This document shows positions 52,165 through 64,000 of a stretch of DNA of 64,000 nucleotides, piece after piece. The translations under genes and the position numbers were made by a program. This stretch comes from Felis catus. Its lineage: Eukaryota. A model generated the notes under the pieces. That model did no database searches. It saw only the letters and a list, made by a program, of their open reading frames with translations, and was not told where the DNA came from. The stretch is from the NCBI RefSeq assembly GCF_018350175.1, contig NC_058382.1:59832001-59896000 (forward strand), given 5' to 3'. Position 1 is the first letter of the stretch. Every line of letters starts with the position of its first letter.

Positions 52165-52596
52165 GCGGTACCTGGGTGGCTCAGTCAAACGTCCAACTTT
52201 TTTTTTTTTTTTTACCTTTAAAAAAAAAATGTTTATTTTTGAGAGAGCACAAGCAAGCATGCAGGAGTGAGGGAGGGACAGAGAGAGAGAGGGAGACAGA
52301 GGATCCAAAGCAGGCTCCACGCTGATAGCAGCAAGCCCAATGTGGGGCTCAAACTCACAAACGGCGAGCCTATGACCTGAGCCAAAGTCAGACGGACACT
52401 CAACCAACTGAACACCCCGGTACCCCAAACATCCAACTCTTGATTTCAGGTCAGGTCATGATCTCACGATTCGTGGGAATGAGCTCCATCCACATCCCAG
52501 GGTCCATGCTGACAGCAAGGAGCCTGCTTCAGACTCTCTCCCTCTCCCTGCTCGCTCGCTTTCTCTCTCTCTCAAAATAAATACATACTTAAAAAA
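52165..52596 (+). mobile_element. Can-SINE (outer), split by a second SINE
   Basis: Head gcggtacctgggtggctcagtcaaacgtccaact (52165-52198) resumes at 52427 with aaacatccaactcttgatttcaggtcaggtcatgatctc and ends aaaataaatacatacttaaaaaa. Confidence 0.9.
52199..52426 (-). mobile_element. Can-SINE (inner), flanked by a 12-bp target-site duplication
   Basis: Reverse-strand SINE with a T-tail on +, flanked by aaacgtccaact and aaacatccaact. Confidence 0.92.
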
Positions 52597-55329
52597 GGGA
52601 ATTAGAGCAGAAATTAATATTTTTGAAAATAGAGAACAATCAACAAAACCAAAAGCTAGGTCTTTGAAAAGACTGATAAAATTGATAAGCCTCTAGCCAA
52701 GCTAAGAAAAAAGGGAGAGAACACAAATTACTAATATCAGAAATGAAAGAGGGGACATCACTACAGATCCCACAGAAATTAAAAACATTAATAACAACAA
52801 GAAAAGCAATACCACGAACAACTCCATGCCCAAAGATTTGATAACCTGGAAAAGGTGGACTAATTCCTTAAAAGACAGAATTTACCAAACTCCACATTAA
52901 AAAGTGGACAATGTGAACAGGCCTGCATCTATTAAAGATATTAATAATCTTCCAAAACAGAAAGCACCAGGCCCAGAGGCATTCATTGGTGAATTCTACC
53001 AAATATTTAAGGAAAAAAATTGTACCAATCCTCTACAATCTCTTTCAAAACACAGCTTCTGTCCTCTATCCAGCACTACCCTACACCCAAACCAAAGACA
53101 TCACGAAAAAAAGTCTACAGACCAGTGTCTTTCAGGAACAGAAATGTAAAAACCCTCAATATTAACAAATCGAGTCAAAAAAAGTATGAAAGGAATTATA
53201 TACCATGACCAAGTGGGATTTATCCCGGGTTTACAACAAGGCAAGTTCCACATTCTAAAATGAGTCAACATGAGCCATCATCATATCAAGAGACTAAGAA
53301 AGAAAAATCCCAGGATCATACTGATAGAAGCAGAAAAACTATTTGTCAAAATCTAACAACAATTCATGATAAACTCTCTCAGTAAACTAGGAACAGAGGC
53401 GAACTTTCTGAACTTGATCAAGGTCTACAAAAAACCTATGGCTAATATCCTACACAATAATGAGAAACTGAAAGCTTTTCTGCTAAGATCAGGTATAGAG
53501 CAAGATGTCCCCTCTCACCATCCCTTTCAACACTGTCGTAGAAGTCCTTGGTAAAGGCAAGAAAAGGCAATAAAAGGTATAAATATTGGGAAGGAAGACA
53601 GAAAACGGTCTTTGTTTGCAATTGACATGACCTATGTAGAAAATCTGAAAGAAATGACAAGAAACTTCCTGGAACTAATAAGTGATTATAAGCAAGGCTG
53701 TAGGCAGCAAGGTTAATACATAAAAGTCAACTGCTCTCCTAGATACCAGCAATGAACAAATGAAATTTGCAATTAAAAACAAAACTACTTATATTAACAT
53801 CCCAGAAATGAAATACTTAGCGTAAATATAACAATATATACAAGATCTATTTGGGGGAAACCACAAAACTATGACGGACAAAAATCAAACAACTAAACAA
53901 AGAGAGGAACGTCCTGTGTTCACGGATACAAAGACTCAGTATTTCAAGACGTCAGTTGTTGCCAACTTCATCAATGGTTTCAATGCAATCACAATCACAA
54001 TGCCAGCAGCAAGGACAAACTAATTGCAAAGTTTATATGCAGAGAGATAAAAAGATGCAGAACAACCAACACGATATTTAAGAACAAAGTGGGAAGACAG
54101 ACCAATCTGACCTCAAGACTTACTAAAAAGCCACAGTAGTCAAGACAGTGTGATGTTGGAAAAAGATGAAACAAAGAGATCGATGGGACAAAACAGAAAG
54201 CCCAGGATTAGATCCCCATGAATACGGTCAACTGGTCTCTGGCAAAAGAGCAAAGGCAATACAATGGCGCAAAGATGGCCCCTCCAACACATGGTGCTAG
54301 TTACTCGACACCCACGTGCCAAAAAATTAATCTAGACACAGACCTTACATCCTTCACAAAAACAGATCACAGACCTAACTGTAAAGCAACAGATTTGCTG
54401 GACTTTACTGAAATTTAAGCCTTCCGCTCTGCAAAAGACAGTATCAAGAGAATCAGAAGCCACAGCCTGGGAAAAAGTATTTTCAGAAGATACATCCAAA
54501 GAAGGACCAAAATCTGCAAACAAGTCTTAAAACTCAACAGCAAGAAAACAAGCAACCTGCTCTAAAAGGAGCCGACGCATCTGGGCACGCCTCCTAGATT
54601 CCTATGGATTACAAGCCTTGACTCCTACATGGGAGCCAAGCACTCCAGGTGCCTCTGCTCCCCGCATGCAGCTCTCAGGGCCCGGCTCTCCATCGAGTCC
54701 ACCTTCCACAAAGACCCCACCGAGTCCCGGCTGCAGGGGAGGGCCACAACCCGAACCACGCTGCGCAGCACTCTTTCTATAACGCGTTAGTTTCATTTCC
54801 TCTTGTGCACTCTACAGAGCTACCCCCAAAACCAGGGGCCCTAAAAAAATACATCAACACACAGACTCTCAGAAGAAAATGGAGCTCGAACTACCCAACC
54901 AAATGCCTCCTCCTTGGCAAATTCCTGGCGAACAGCTCGTCACACATGGCTGTGAGGACCCCCAGGGTCTTCCCTCTTCCAACCCAGATCCAATTCCATT
55001 CTCCTCACCTTTCCTCAAATGCCTCATCACCTGGTTTCTCTCCCCTAAGGCCCTCAGTTTCTGAACGTCCGCTCAAAACGTGTCACTCAAAAGGACCACC
55101 TCCTCAGCGGCAGCAAGTCAACCAAAGGTACGCGACACCCGTTCTCGGACGCCACGTCCTGTCACCCAACCTTCAAGCACTGGCCTCTGGGCAGCCTAGC
55201 ACATGCTCATGCCACCCAGGATTACAAGTTACTAAATCCCTCCTCGTCTACTAGGAAGGACAGCTGTTCTCAGTCAGCTCTCTTAATCCTATATTTGCAT
55301 GCAACCTACGAGGGACGCTTCTCCCACTT

Positions 55330-55520
55330 CAATTACATCTTGCTGGATTTGGTCCACGAAGGTAATTTTGGAAGCTGGATTCGTCAACCAATTTATTTGC
55401 TCTCCCTCCCGGCTTTGTATCACCCACAAATTTAGTGAGCGCATTTTCTTATCCAAATTCACGATAAAAGTACCAAACGAGCAAGGCTCAGAAGGAGCGT
55501 CTGGGCCCGCCACAGGTTCA
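55330..55520 (-). mobile_element. CR1/L3 LINE reverse-transcriptase relic
   Basis: The reverse strand gives FGTFIVNLD and, in another frame, aaatttgtgggtgatacaaagccgggagggagagcaaat (KFVGDTKPGGRAN). Together these match the CR1 RT motif FNIFINDLD...KFADDTKLGG.AN. Confidence 0.65.
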
Positions 55521-56912
55521 CGCAGTTGCTGGGCGCCGACCTCAACTGGCACTCTGTTCCGCACGGCGGCAGCGGTGCCCTGGGGGCTGGCCACACTCCA
55601 CACTCCGTCCCTCCGTGCCAGCTGCTGAGGAGACCACGCCGCAAAACTGCACATTAGAGAGGCCGGGTAAGAGGAAAAACACCATGCATGCTGGCAACAA
55701 GCCAATTCCCTTTTGAGGAATCTTCTGATATAATTCTTTCAAAGTACAATCTGGGCAACAGGTTCAACAACTAAACTAGCACGGTCGCTTCTGATCCCAC
55801 TTCAAGAAAAGTTACGCAGGAGAGCCCGAATGCTCCGGGAGCCTAAAGGCCGTCGTGACACGCCTCCCCGTGGCCAAGATGCGCCCTCCAGGTTAAGGGC
55901 CTCCTGTGCTTCCCGTCCACGAATCTGAAGGGTGCTCTGTCCTCTGGTGAGCCAGGCACGAAAGACTCAGTTCCCTTTCTCTGGCAGCAGCCAAGTATCA
56001 CTGTTTGGTAACCAAAACGGGAAAAATTTTCTATAAAAAGACTCCATATACCCCTTTAGAAAAATAAAGCCAACCAAAAAAGCCTGTTTATATCTGAATC
56101 CCCAACAGGCTCTTTTCAATTGCCGTCACTCCTAAATACGGAGTCTCAAAAAATTAACAAGTCCTACTCAGCCAGATCTGTATGTGGCACAAAAATACAT
56201 GTGTAACGTTGTGGGAGTGAGTGCTTTTAAGTGCACTGGAGCTACGTGCAGAATAGCATTCCAACAGGGCAAGGTGCCACTCGGCATCACCCGGGCCCCT
56301 CTGTGGGGACATTTACAGAAGATGTGGAAGCGTCAGCTAGCTCCACGGCTCAGCGCGCAGTGTTGAGCGCTTGGTACGCAAATGCTTCCGTGAGCGCTCT
56401 GAAAGCTGACACCTGACGAAACTACACACTACGGTCCCGTGCCAGCCGGCCCGGAGACATTTAGTGAGCAAAGGAACCACTTCTCTCTTAATCCCTGAGA
56501 TTCAAGGTCACACAGGAGGACCCAACAGGGAACTCAGTCCAGTGGTGCATCCTCAGAACAGAAAAGGTCCCCTCTCCAAGAATGGTTGCGACACGGCCTG
56601 GGCAGGAAGCATGTACGAGAGCATTTCCCTTTTCATTTCAAACAACGTACCTTTGGAATTCGGCCCCACTTTTCCACGGATCAACTCAACCGACCAACAA
56701 ATTTTGGGCTTGGTAAGTCTAACGGTCTTGAATCGCACTGTATGGAAAAATTAGTGGCGGCCTCTAGAACCCGGGCCGCCTATCAGGCTGCATCTTTGTT
56801 TTACTTCACTACAGTCGATAATAAAACCACTATCTGTGGGCGTCCATCCTCCATTAGGTGCTCCTCTTACAGGTTTTCAATCCTCACATCGACCAGATGA
56901 GCAGATGTCACC

Positions 56913-57144
56913 TTTTCTTAATTTTTTAAATGTTTGTTTATATTTCAGAGAGAGAGCGTGCGTGCACGCGCACAAGCACGCCCAGGGGAGGGGCAGAGAG
57001 AAAGGGAGACACACAACCCAAAGCAGGCTCCAGGCTCCGCGCTGTCAGCACAGAGCCCGACACGGGGCTCGAACCCACAAACCGTGAGATCATGACCTGA
57101 GCCGAAGTCAGACACTTAACCGACCGAGTCACCCAGGAGACCCT
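56913..57144 (-). mobile_element. Can-SINE, feliform type, inserted into a MIR
   Basis: ggggctcgaacccacaaaccgtgagatcatgacctgagccgaagtcagacacttaaccgaccgagtcacccagg; diverged target-site duplication gcagatgtcacctt / gcagatactatctt. Confidence 0.95.
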
Positions 57145-57285
57145 GGCAGATACTATCTTTAATCCCATTTTACAGATGAGAACATCAAGGCCTGGAAGTC
57201 AGGAAACACACTAGGCTAGTCAGTGGCAGAGCCAGAACGAAAATGAGACAGTCGGGCCCCAGAACTCACACTTGCAAGCACGGAT
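57145..57285 (-). mobile_element. MIR SINE (remainder at about 56850-56910)
   Basis: atcccattttacagatgagaacatcaaggc...gtggcagagccaga. Confidence 0.75.
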
Positions 57286-57939
57286 TCAGACGCTGAACTA
57301 TCCTGAATGAAGCTGGAAGTCTGAGCACTACAGGAATCTTTGCACCAAAGCCTGACCACTTACCCTAATGAGAGTTTTAAAGTCTCCCACCCTCTGTGTG
57401 TGTGTGTCAGACTCCCTTCCTCCCCAAGCACGGTGAGAGTAGAGTGATGGTGAGTCAGCAGGAAAGGAGCAGGGGGTCTACCCACACCCTTGCTCCCACC
57501 TCTCCAGGTACTGGCTCCACTCACAGCTGTGGGGGAGGCCAGGGAGCCCCCAGACCACGAGCCCCATGGCTCACCACAGAACCTGGAGGGCAGGACGCGC
57601 GTGTCCACTTTCACCTGCGTTTCACGTCCCCAAATTCACACTTTAAAGTTATGAGGCGTGGTCTGATTTCAGCTGACTCGTCACTGTCCTTCCAACAGGA
57701 TCAGACAAATAACTCTGACCCCTCTGCTAATGATTCTTCTTCCCCGGGATGCTTGTTTTTCTTAGACACCGCGTGAACACATACACACGGAGTGTGTGGG
57801 TTTCGCTGAGGGCCAGATGCTGGCTCCTTTTCTCAAATCAAGAGAAAACAGTGTGTGCACATGTGCACATACACATTCTCTTACACGCTTCTGTGTATTT
57901 TTCATTCAACCAATTTTTATTGCCTCTCCTAACTGCTCT

Positions 57940-58320
57940 GATGCCTATAAAAATATATTAGTTGTACACAAACGTTCCTGGCAGTACTGCTCAGAGATGG
58001 AAAAGTGGAAACAACCCAAATATCCATCAGCGAATGGATGGGTGAACCAAATGTGACCCATCCGCAGTACTGAGTATCTACTGATACAGAATGACCTTAA
58101 AGACTGTGTGAAGTGAAGAGTCGGTGACAAGGGCGCAAAGGGTGCAAAGGCCGTGGGCCTGTGGCTCTGACAGAGGCAGGCTGGAGGCGGCCGGGGATGG
58201 AGGGAACGAAGCATCTTCTGGGGGGAGGTGGCAGGGCTCTAAATCGAGACAGCAGTGATGGCCGCACCGGTCTGTGAACACGCGGAAGGCCGGGGAACTT
58301 CACGCTGTGAGAGGGTGACT
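57940..58320 (+). mobile_element. Old L1 3' fragment
   Basis: aaaagtggaaacaacccaaatatccatcagcgaatggatgggtgaaccaaatgtg. Confidence 0.7.
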
Positions 58321-58923
58321 TCACGGTACTCGGGCGGCACCCGGAAAGGCAGAGTCTGTGAGCAGCCTGGCCTCCCTGTGCGTGGTCTTCGAGTCACAGG
58401 TAACTGGCTATGGCGGCACCAGATCCAGAAACAGACGGAGAAGGCGCCAAAATCTTTGTCCCCGTGCCCAACAGCGCCTCCTGGTGGTACGGAGGAAGGC
58501 AGCGGTGGCCTCTAGAAATGCTGCCTCTTGAGTGTGGCAGGCGGACCCGACCCGGTGTGGCAGGGGAAGGGACGAGAGCGCCCGAGGGCTCTGTGCAGCG
58601 GCCCTGGCCGTTCCTCTTCCCCCGGCCCCTGCTCTGCTCGCTCCCGTGGAGAAGCCCCTCAGCGCAGGGAGTGCCCACGGGAAACAGGGTGCGGGGAGGA
58701 GAGGCAGGCTCAGGGCGCACCCCTCCCCCACGGCAGCCCCCGAGCCCCAGAACCTCCCCGTCTCTCGGCCTGGCCGTGTGGTGTCCTCCGGCCGTCCCCG
58801 AATGCCCTGCCTGCTGACCCCCCCCGGTCTGGCGTCTCCACCACAGGGGGGGCCAATTTCCATCACGCTGACCTGAGGAGACCCTCATACACACTGATCT
58901 CGGCAAACACCACGCACCAGCCG

Positions 58924-59265
58924 TGATGGGCTGTCTGCGCCCCTGCCCCCCATTCCTGTGTTGAACCCTGACCCCTGGTGCGACAGATGGGAGCAGAGGC
59001 CTCTGGGAGGTGATGAGGGTTCGAGGAGGTCATGAGCGTGGGGCCCCAAGATGGGAACCTCGACCTTTGGAGAGGAAGAAGAGAACTCTCTCCGCGAGCA
59101 AAGGCCACAGGAAGACACCACACGAAGGTGGCTGTCTGCGACCCAGGAAGCAGGCCGTCACCCGTCAGCGAACCTGCAGACTTCCAGCCTCCAGGGTGGT
59201 GAGGTCGGCCTCTGCAGGGAGAAACCCCAGTCCGTTGCCACTCGTGCCCGCCGCCTGAGCGGACC
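58924..59265 (+). mobile_element. MaLR MLT1A-like solo LTR
   Basis: cattcctgtgttgaaccctgacccc...gcctctgggaggtgatgagg...gaaggtggctgtctgcgacccaggaag...agacttccagcctccag. Confidence 0.8.
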
Positions 59266-60059
59266 AGGGCGCTAACCGTCCGGCGGGTCGCGGTCTCTGG
59301 AGAGTCTGCTCCGGCCAGTAACCCGACAAGCCTTCCACGATCCGGGGGGAGGAGGCGACTGCTCGATCGCGGCCCCTCCGCCACGAGTGACCTGCCCTCA
59401 ATTTCACACAGGTGCACCCTCATGTGAACACACACCAGCCCCCGTCCCTGCCCCTGGATGAGATGCGGCTGGGAAGGGGGAAAGATTGTGTTTTCTAGAA
59501 AAAACAAACCCAACGCTGTCAGGATCTATCGACCGAACCAGCAGCCCCCATCAAGGGAGAAAAACCCAGGGCAGCTGTGCTGGGGCCTCCCGGCGAAGAC
59601 AGAGACCGAAGGAAATCTCAACAGGCACGTGCAGGCTGGTCATCCGCGCGCACACGCAGCGTCACGGAGGCAGCCGGCCAGTGCCGGCTCTGCACTTCAG
59701 CCTTCCTGACGCAGTAACCCCGTGACCTCTCCTCTCGCTCTCAAACCGCTGTGATGTCAAGCCAGCATCAGTCGCTGCAACCCAGAACATAAGTGGAGAC
59801 GACAGAAGACCGCTGAGGGTCCGTCTGGCGTCACACGGGCCCCAGAGGCCCCAGCGGAGACAGAGAACGCCCGGCCCCGGCCCCGGCCCCGGCATGACAG
59901 CTGGAGCTCACCTGGGGGGCCACGGGCTGGGCCAGTCGGTACCAGCAGCACGCAGGACGGCTTGCCAGGGCATGCCAAGGCTGAACGCACACACGCCTCA
60001 CGGCCCCATGGCCTCACTCCGCTTGGACGCGCACTTGACAGGAGTGCACACGCTCACCG

Positions 60060-60452
60060 GGAATGCTGACAGCGGCACCCCCGCCCTTGCAATAACCGTG
60101 GAACCGGTGACTCTGTGATGCCCGCCGCCGACCAGACGCGGTGTCCCATTTCCAGAACAGAGTACACAGCCCCAAGACAAATACACCATGACCACAGGCA
60201 ACACAGACAAATCTCACAAAAACAGCGCTCAGTGCGAACGCTGAGGCAAGAGTCCGTTTACGGGACGTTCAAAACAAACCTCATCTGCGCTCAGGGCGGG
60301 GACAGGGGAGTGACCGCAAGGGGTACACGGGGGCTGGAGGGACGGGGAGAACTCTCTTCTGCATCTGAGCGCACAGGTGCGTTTGCCTTTGTAAAATTCA
60401 CTGAGCTGCCCAGGACCACGTACATCCATCAGAGTTTACTTTTTAATAAAGC
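60060..60452 (+). mobile_element. Old L1 (L1ME-like) 3' fragment
   Basis: gacaaatctcacaaaacag...gttcaaaacaaac...ctttgtaaaattcactgagctg...ttttaataaa. Confidence 0.55.
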
Positions 60453-61699
60453 GCTTTCACAGAAACCAAACTGGCATCTGGTCCCTTTTCGGCCATCAGC
60501 ACCACGTGGAGAGGCCACCGTGCAGTAACTCTGGTGGCTGCAGAGGTGCTCCCCACCAGGCACGGCACCGGACAGGGCGCAGGCGCTAGGGACTGCATTT
60601 GGTACCTGTCACACCCACCCAGGCACTGCGACACTACTGCGGGCACTACTCGGGGCAGTGGCTGGACCCACTCAGGTCACACAGCTCCGGGTGGCAGAAC
60701 GAGGCATGCGGTGTGATGCGACTCAGGGCCCGTGCTCTTCTCTCCACGCTAAGCATCCAGGGCTGTGAAACAGGGACACACGCAGGCACAGGTGGATCAA
60801 GGCCCCCTTCCGGTGACCTGACTTCAGATCTCAGAAGAGCGGCTCTTCCCTGGCCCCCCTCCGCAGGCCCTGACCTTTCCCGCTGGCGAGCTGAAGTCGT
60901 TTTCCCCTGACGGGCCCATGCTTGCCAGGGTGGGTGGGACACGCTTGCTGTGTTATGAGAAGTGACCAGGCAGCGAGAGGGAATCCGTCCCGCCCTTCCA
61001 CCAGAGAAATCTGTTTGGCAGCCAAGAGAGGGGCTAAATCTACGTGTCGATTTAGTACAGCTGATGCTGGCCTTTACCAACGCGCAACCCTTCTCCCGAG
61101 GCCTCCCCGCACGGCAGTGGGACACGTTTACTGAAAGATGAGTGCACGGTGCCGGGCCAGTCCTGGAAGAGTCAAGCTCACGGCGGGCTCTGCCTGTTCC
61201 TCCTGAGGGATACGAACCCACAGCCCCGTGGGTTCTCCTGAGCTCGGAGACCTTCCCCAGAAACAGTACGCTCAGTCTGCGTTTTGAATGCCTCTCCCTA
61301 CTTTTCTTATAGATCAGCAAAACGAGACCACGGAGGACAGCGGCGCTCTTCCCACGGCAGCCACTGCTCCAGGGCGTGGGACCACACCCCGTCACAAGGA
61401 GCAGCGGCCGCAGCCTAAGCCCACGGATGGCAGGCTTGAGCCAGCGGTGCATGTGCCCTCTGGCACAGTCCTACTGGGCCCAGCCCCTCGGGCCAGCACA
61501 GCCCCACCAGGAAACAGGGTGGCGCTTCCATTTTGCCACAATCAGCGAAATGACAAAAGCACCATCTACACGACCCTACCTGTTAAGGATCCAAGGAATC
61601 TAAAGGAGCTCTCTTGCTTACGAAAGGGCAGCAGGCGTTCTCCCATCAGTGAACAACGCTCAAAACTGGCACGAGACTGAGACCAGAGGACAAGTAAGC

Positions 61700-61885
61700 G
61701 GGGCTCCCGCTGCCGTCAGGGTCACTGAGTGGGGTGGGGAGAGGTTAAATACAATGCAGATTCCTGAGCCCCGTTTTAAACCTGCTCTGAACCAGACTCG
61801 ATGTCTGGGGTGAGGGCAGGGAGGCGTGTTTGTGAAGCTCCCGGGGTGCTCGCGGGTGCAGGAAAGCCCAAGAATCAAGAACAGA
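61700..61885. mobile_element. MER5-type hAT DNA transposon fragment
   Basis: aatgcagattcctgagcccc...acctgctctgaaccagactc...ggggtgagggcaggga. Confidence 0.55.
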
Positions 61886-63059
61886 GGCATTAGCTCTGGG
61901 CCGCGTCCCCAGGCCGCCAGGGCTCCCAGCCACGACGCCACCGACGCTTGCTGGGACCGCCTCAACCGTTCTCCGAGGAACCTCCCCGAGTGCCAGTAAG
62001 GACAGGAAACCGCCCCGCGGCAGCGGGAACTGCCGCCCCCGAGGGGGAGGACCGCCAGCAAATGGCCAGGGACGGGGACGGAGGGCCGGGTGGAGTCTCT
62101 GTGGGGGGAGAGAAGCCAGGTGAGGGGCTCAGAGACACAAGTGCCCTCTGACTCCGCAACCCTCCTTCCAGGCACCTCATGGTTACCAAAGGGTGAGAAT
62201 TAAGCCTACCTGGAGAGAAGGACGACCTCCTGATCAAAAAGACAAGACCAGAGAGATGGCGACTCTCCCAGAGTGCAGTCTACAAACGCAAGCAGTCCAA
62301 CCAAAGTCCCACTGGGATGTTTAAAAACACAACCTGAAAATCGGATTCTGGAACTCACGTGAGGAAAACGCACAAGAAATGCGTGAGGGGAGAAGACCCG
62401 GGCCGCCGGAGCGCAACGGAGGGGTGCTGAACAGGTGCGAGGGGCGGCGAGCCAGCACAGCACCCGGACCCACCGGACCTCCGGCCGCGCGCGCACAGGT
62501 TCTCCGGCGCCCTTGGCGGGCACGGGCGCGCGCACACACCCCAGGCTTTCCTCTCAGGCACGTGCTGTTCTGCTTCGTGGGCTTTTCATGGATGTTTCCG
62601 TGTTAAAACGAGAGGGAGCGTTTCTCCGGGGCACGCTCCCATCAGTGCACTCGGGGCCGAAGCGTGCGCACCTGTCCCGTGACAGCGGAGTGACGGTGCA
62701 GGCGACACCAGCTGCGGCTCGCCTTCTCCCGTCCTGGGCGCGGTTTCCCGTCATGCCGCTCGCCACTTTACAGGAAGCCTGGGCTGCCCTCGGGGCACCG
62801 CCTCCCACACAAAAAACTTCACGGGGTCACACGCGTCATGTCTCGCGGCTCCCGGTGCAGTGGGACACCCGTCTGCAGCCCGCCGGGCCGCGGAGAGCTG
62901 CGCCGGCGCCAGAAAGGGCCGCGCCTGCTCACTTTCCTCACTGGTCTCGGGACAACCCCGGGGGCAGGCGGGGTGGGTGGCGGGGCCGCACCCCGAGGGC
63001 CGAGGCACCAAGAGTTTCGGGAAGGCTGGGGCTCAGCGCCCGAGATGATGAAGGGTGGG

Positions 63060-64000
63060 AGACGACACGCCAGAGGCAGGGCAAACACGAGCAAAAACGT
63101 CCTGGGACCTCATCAAGATAAAGAGCTCCTGCACAATGAAGGAAACAACCAGCAAAACTAAGGGGCGACCGTCGGAATGGGAGAGGATGTTCGATACCCG
63201 ATAAAGAGTTAGCGTCCAAAATCGATAAAGAACTTACCAAACTCAACACCCCAAAAACAAATAATCCACGAGGAAATGGGCAGACGACCTGAACAGACAC
63301 TTCTCCAAAGAAGACATCCAGGTGGCTCACAGACACATGAAAAGATGCTCAGCATCTCTCATCACGAGGGAAATACAAATCAAAACCACACTGAGATACC
63401 ACCTCACACCTGTCAGAATCGTGAAAAACAACCACTCAGGGAACAACAGATGTTGGTGCAGATGTGGAGAAAGGGGAACCCTCTTGCCTCGCTGGTGGGA
63501 ATGCAAACTGGCGCGGCCGCTCTGGGCAGCGGTATGGAAATTTCTCAAAAACTTAAAACTAGAACTACCCTACAACCCAGCAACTGCCCTACTAGGTATT
63601 TACCCAAAGGATACAAAAATGCAAATTCAAGGGGGCACATGCACCCTGATGTTTATAGCAGCATTATCTACAATAGCCAAGATACGGAAAGAGCCCAAAT
63701 GCCCACTGACTGACAAACGGATAAAGAAGATGTACAGACAACGGAACATTATTCACAGACCAAAAAGAAGGAAATCTCGCCATTCGCAGCAACATGGATG
63801 GAGCCGGAGGATGTTATGCTAAGCGAAGTCATGTCGGCGAGAGAAAGATACCATACGTGTTTCACTCCTATGTGGAATTTAGCACAACACATGAACATAC
63901 GGGACAGCGAGTATCAGGGGAAGCAAACCACGAGAGACTCTGAACGATAAAGAACAAGCTGAGGGCTGATGGAGGGGGTGGGTGGGGGTGGAGGGCACGT
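63060..64000 (+). mobile_element. Carnivore-lineage L1, 5'-truncated (ORF2 C-terminus and 3' UTR; continues past the window end)
   Basis: ORF 63322-63822 encodes [28 protein letters not shown]...WWECKL...LLGIYPK...[11 protein letters not shown], the L1 ORF2p C-terminal domain. The 3' UTR motif aaaccacgagagactct...aacaagctgagggctg follows. Confidence 0.93.

Larger units (their letters stand above)
48831..54580 (+). mobile_element. Large decayed L1 (about 5.7 kb including SINE insertions): 5' region, ORF1 and ORF2 remnants
   Basis: ORF1-like segment about 49600-50420. Endonuclease start about 50960 (tcaataatcattttcaacgttaatg, TLNVNG-like). RT motif catgaccaagtgggatttatcccggg (HDQVGFIPG) about 53205. 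Many stops and frameshifts. Confidence 0.9.

Noticed and set aside
60496..60516. REST/RE1-like site (TCAGCACC acgt GGAGAG)
   Set aside because: Half-site spacing and the right half do not match the canonical RE1, and it is far from the neuronal gene.

Overview
This is mammalian genomic DNA from a feliform carnivore, most likely a felid (judged from the Can-SINE subtype), and it is very GC- and CpG-rich. It holds two convergent genes. On the + strand is the 3' part of JPH3 (junctophilin-3): a long intron (1-23223), the last three coding exons and the 3' UTR. On the - strand is the 3' part of KLHDC4 (kelch domain-containing 4): six clear coding exons and a probable terminal exon; its upstream exons lie beyond 64000. 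Exon numbers follow my recollection of the human gene structures. The rest is intronic or intergenic: Can-SINEs, MIR/L2/CR1 relics, MLT1 LTRs, L1 copies and a purine-rich minisatellite. Almost all ORFs in the supplied track are spurious GC-rich ORFs. The most notable points are: an apparent 1-nt frameshift in JPH3 exon 4; a KLHDC4 exon 11 with no stop codon, plus a possible second, decayed terminal exon; a mirror-image poly(A) signal pair at the JPH3 3' end; a perfect RFX X-box; a higher-order minisatellite; and a SINE-in-SINE-in-L1 nest. I found no convincing novel biological system. Repeat subfamily calls and cross-species comparisons are from memory and were not searched.
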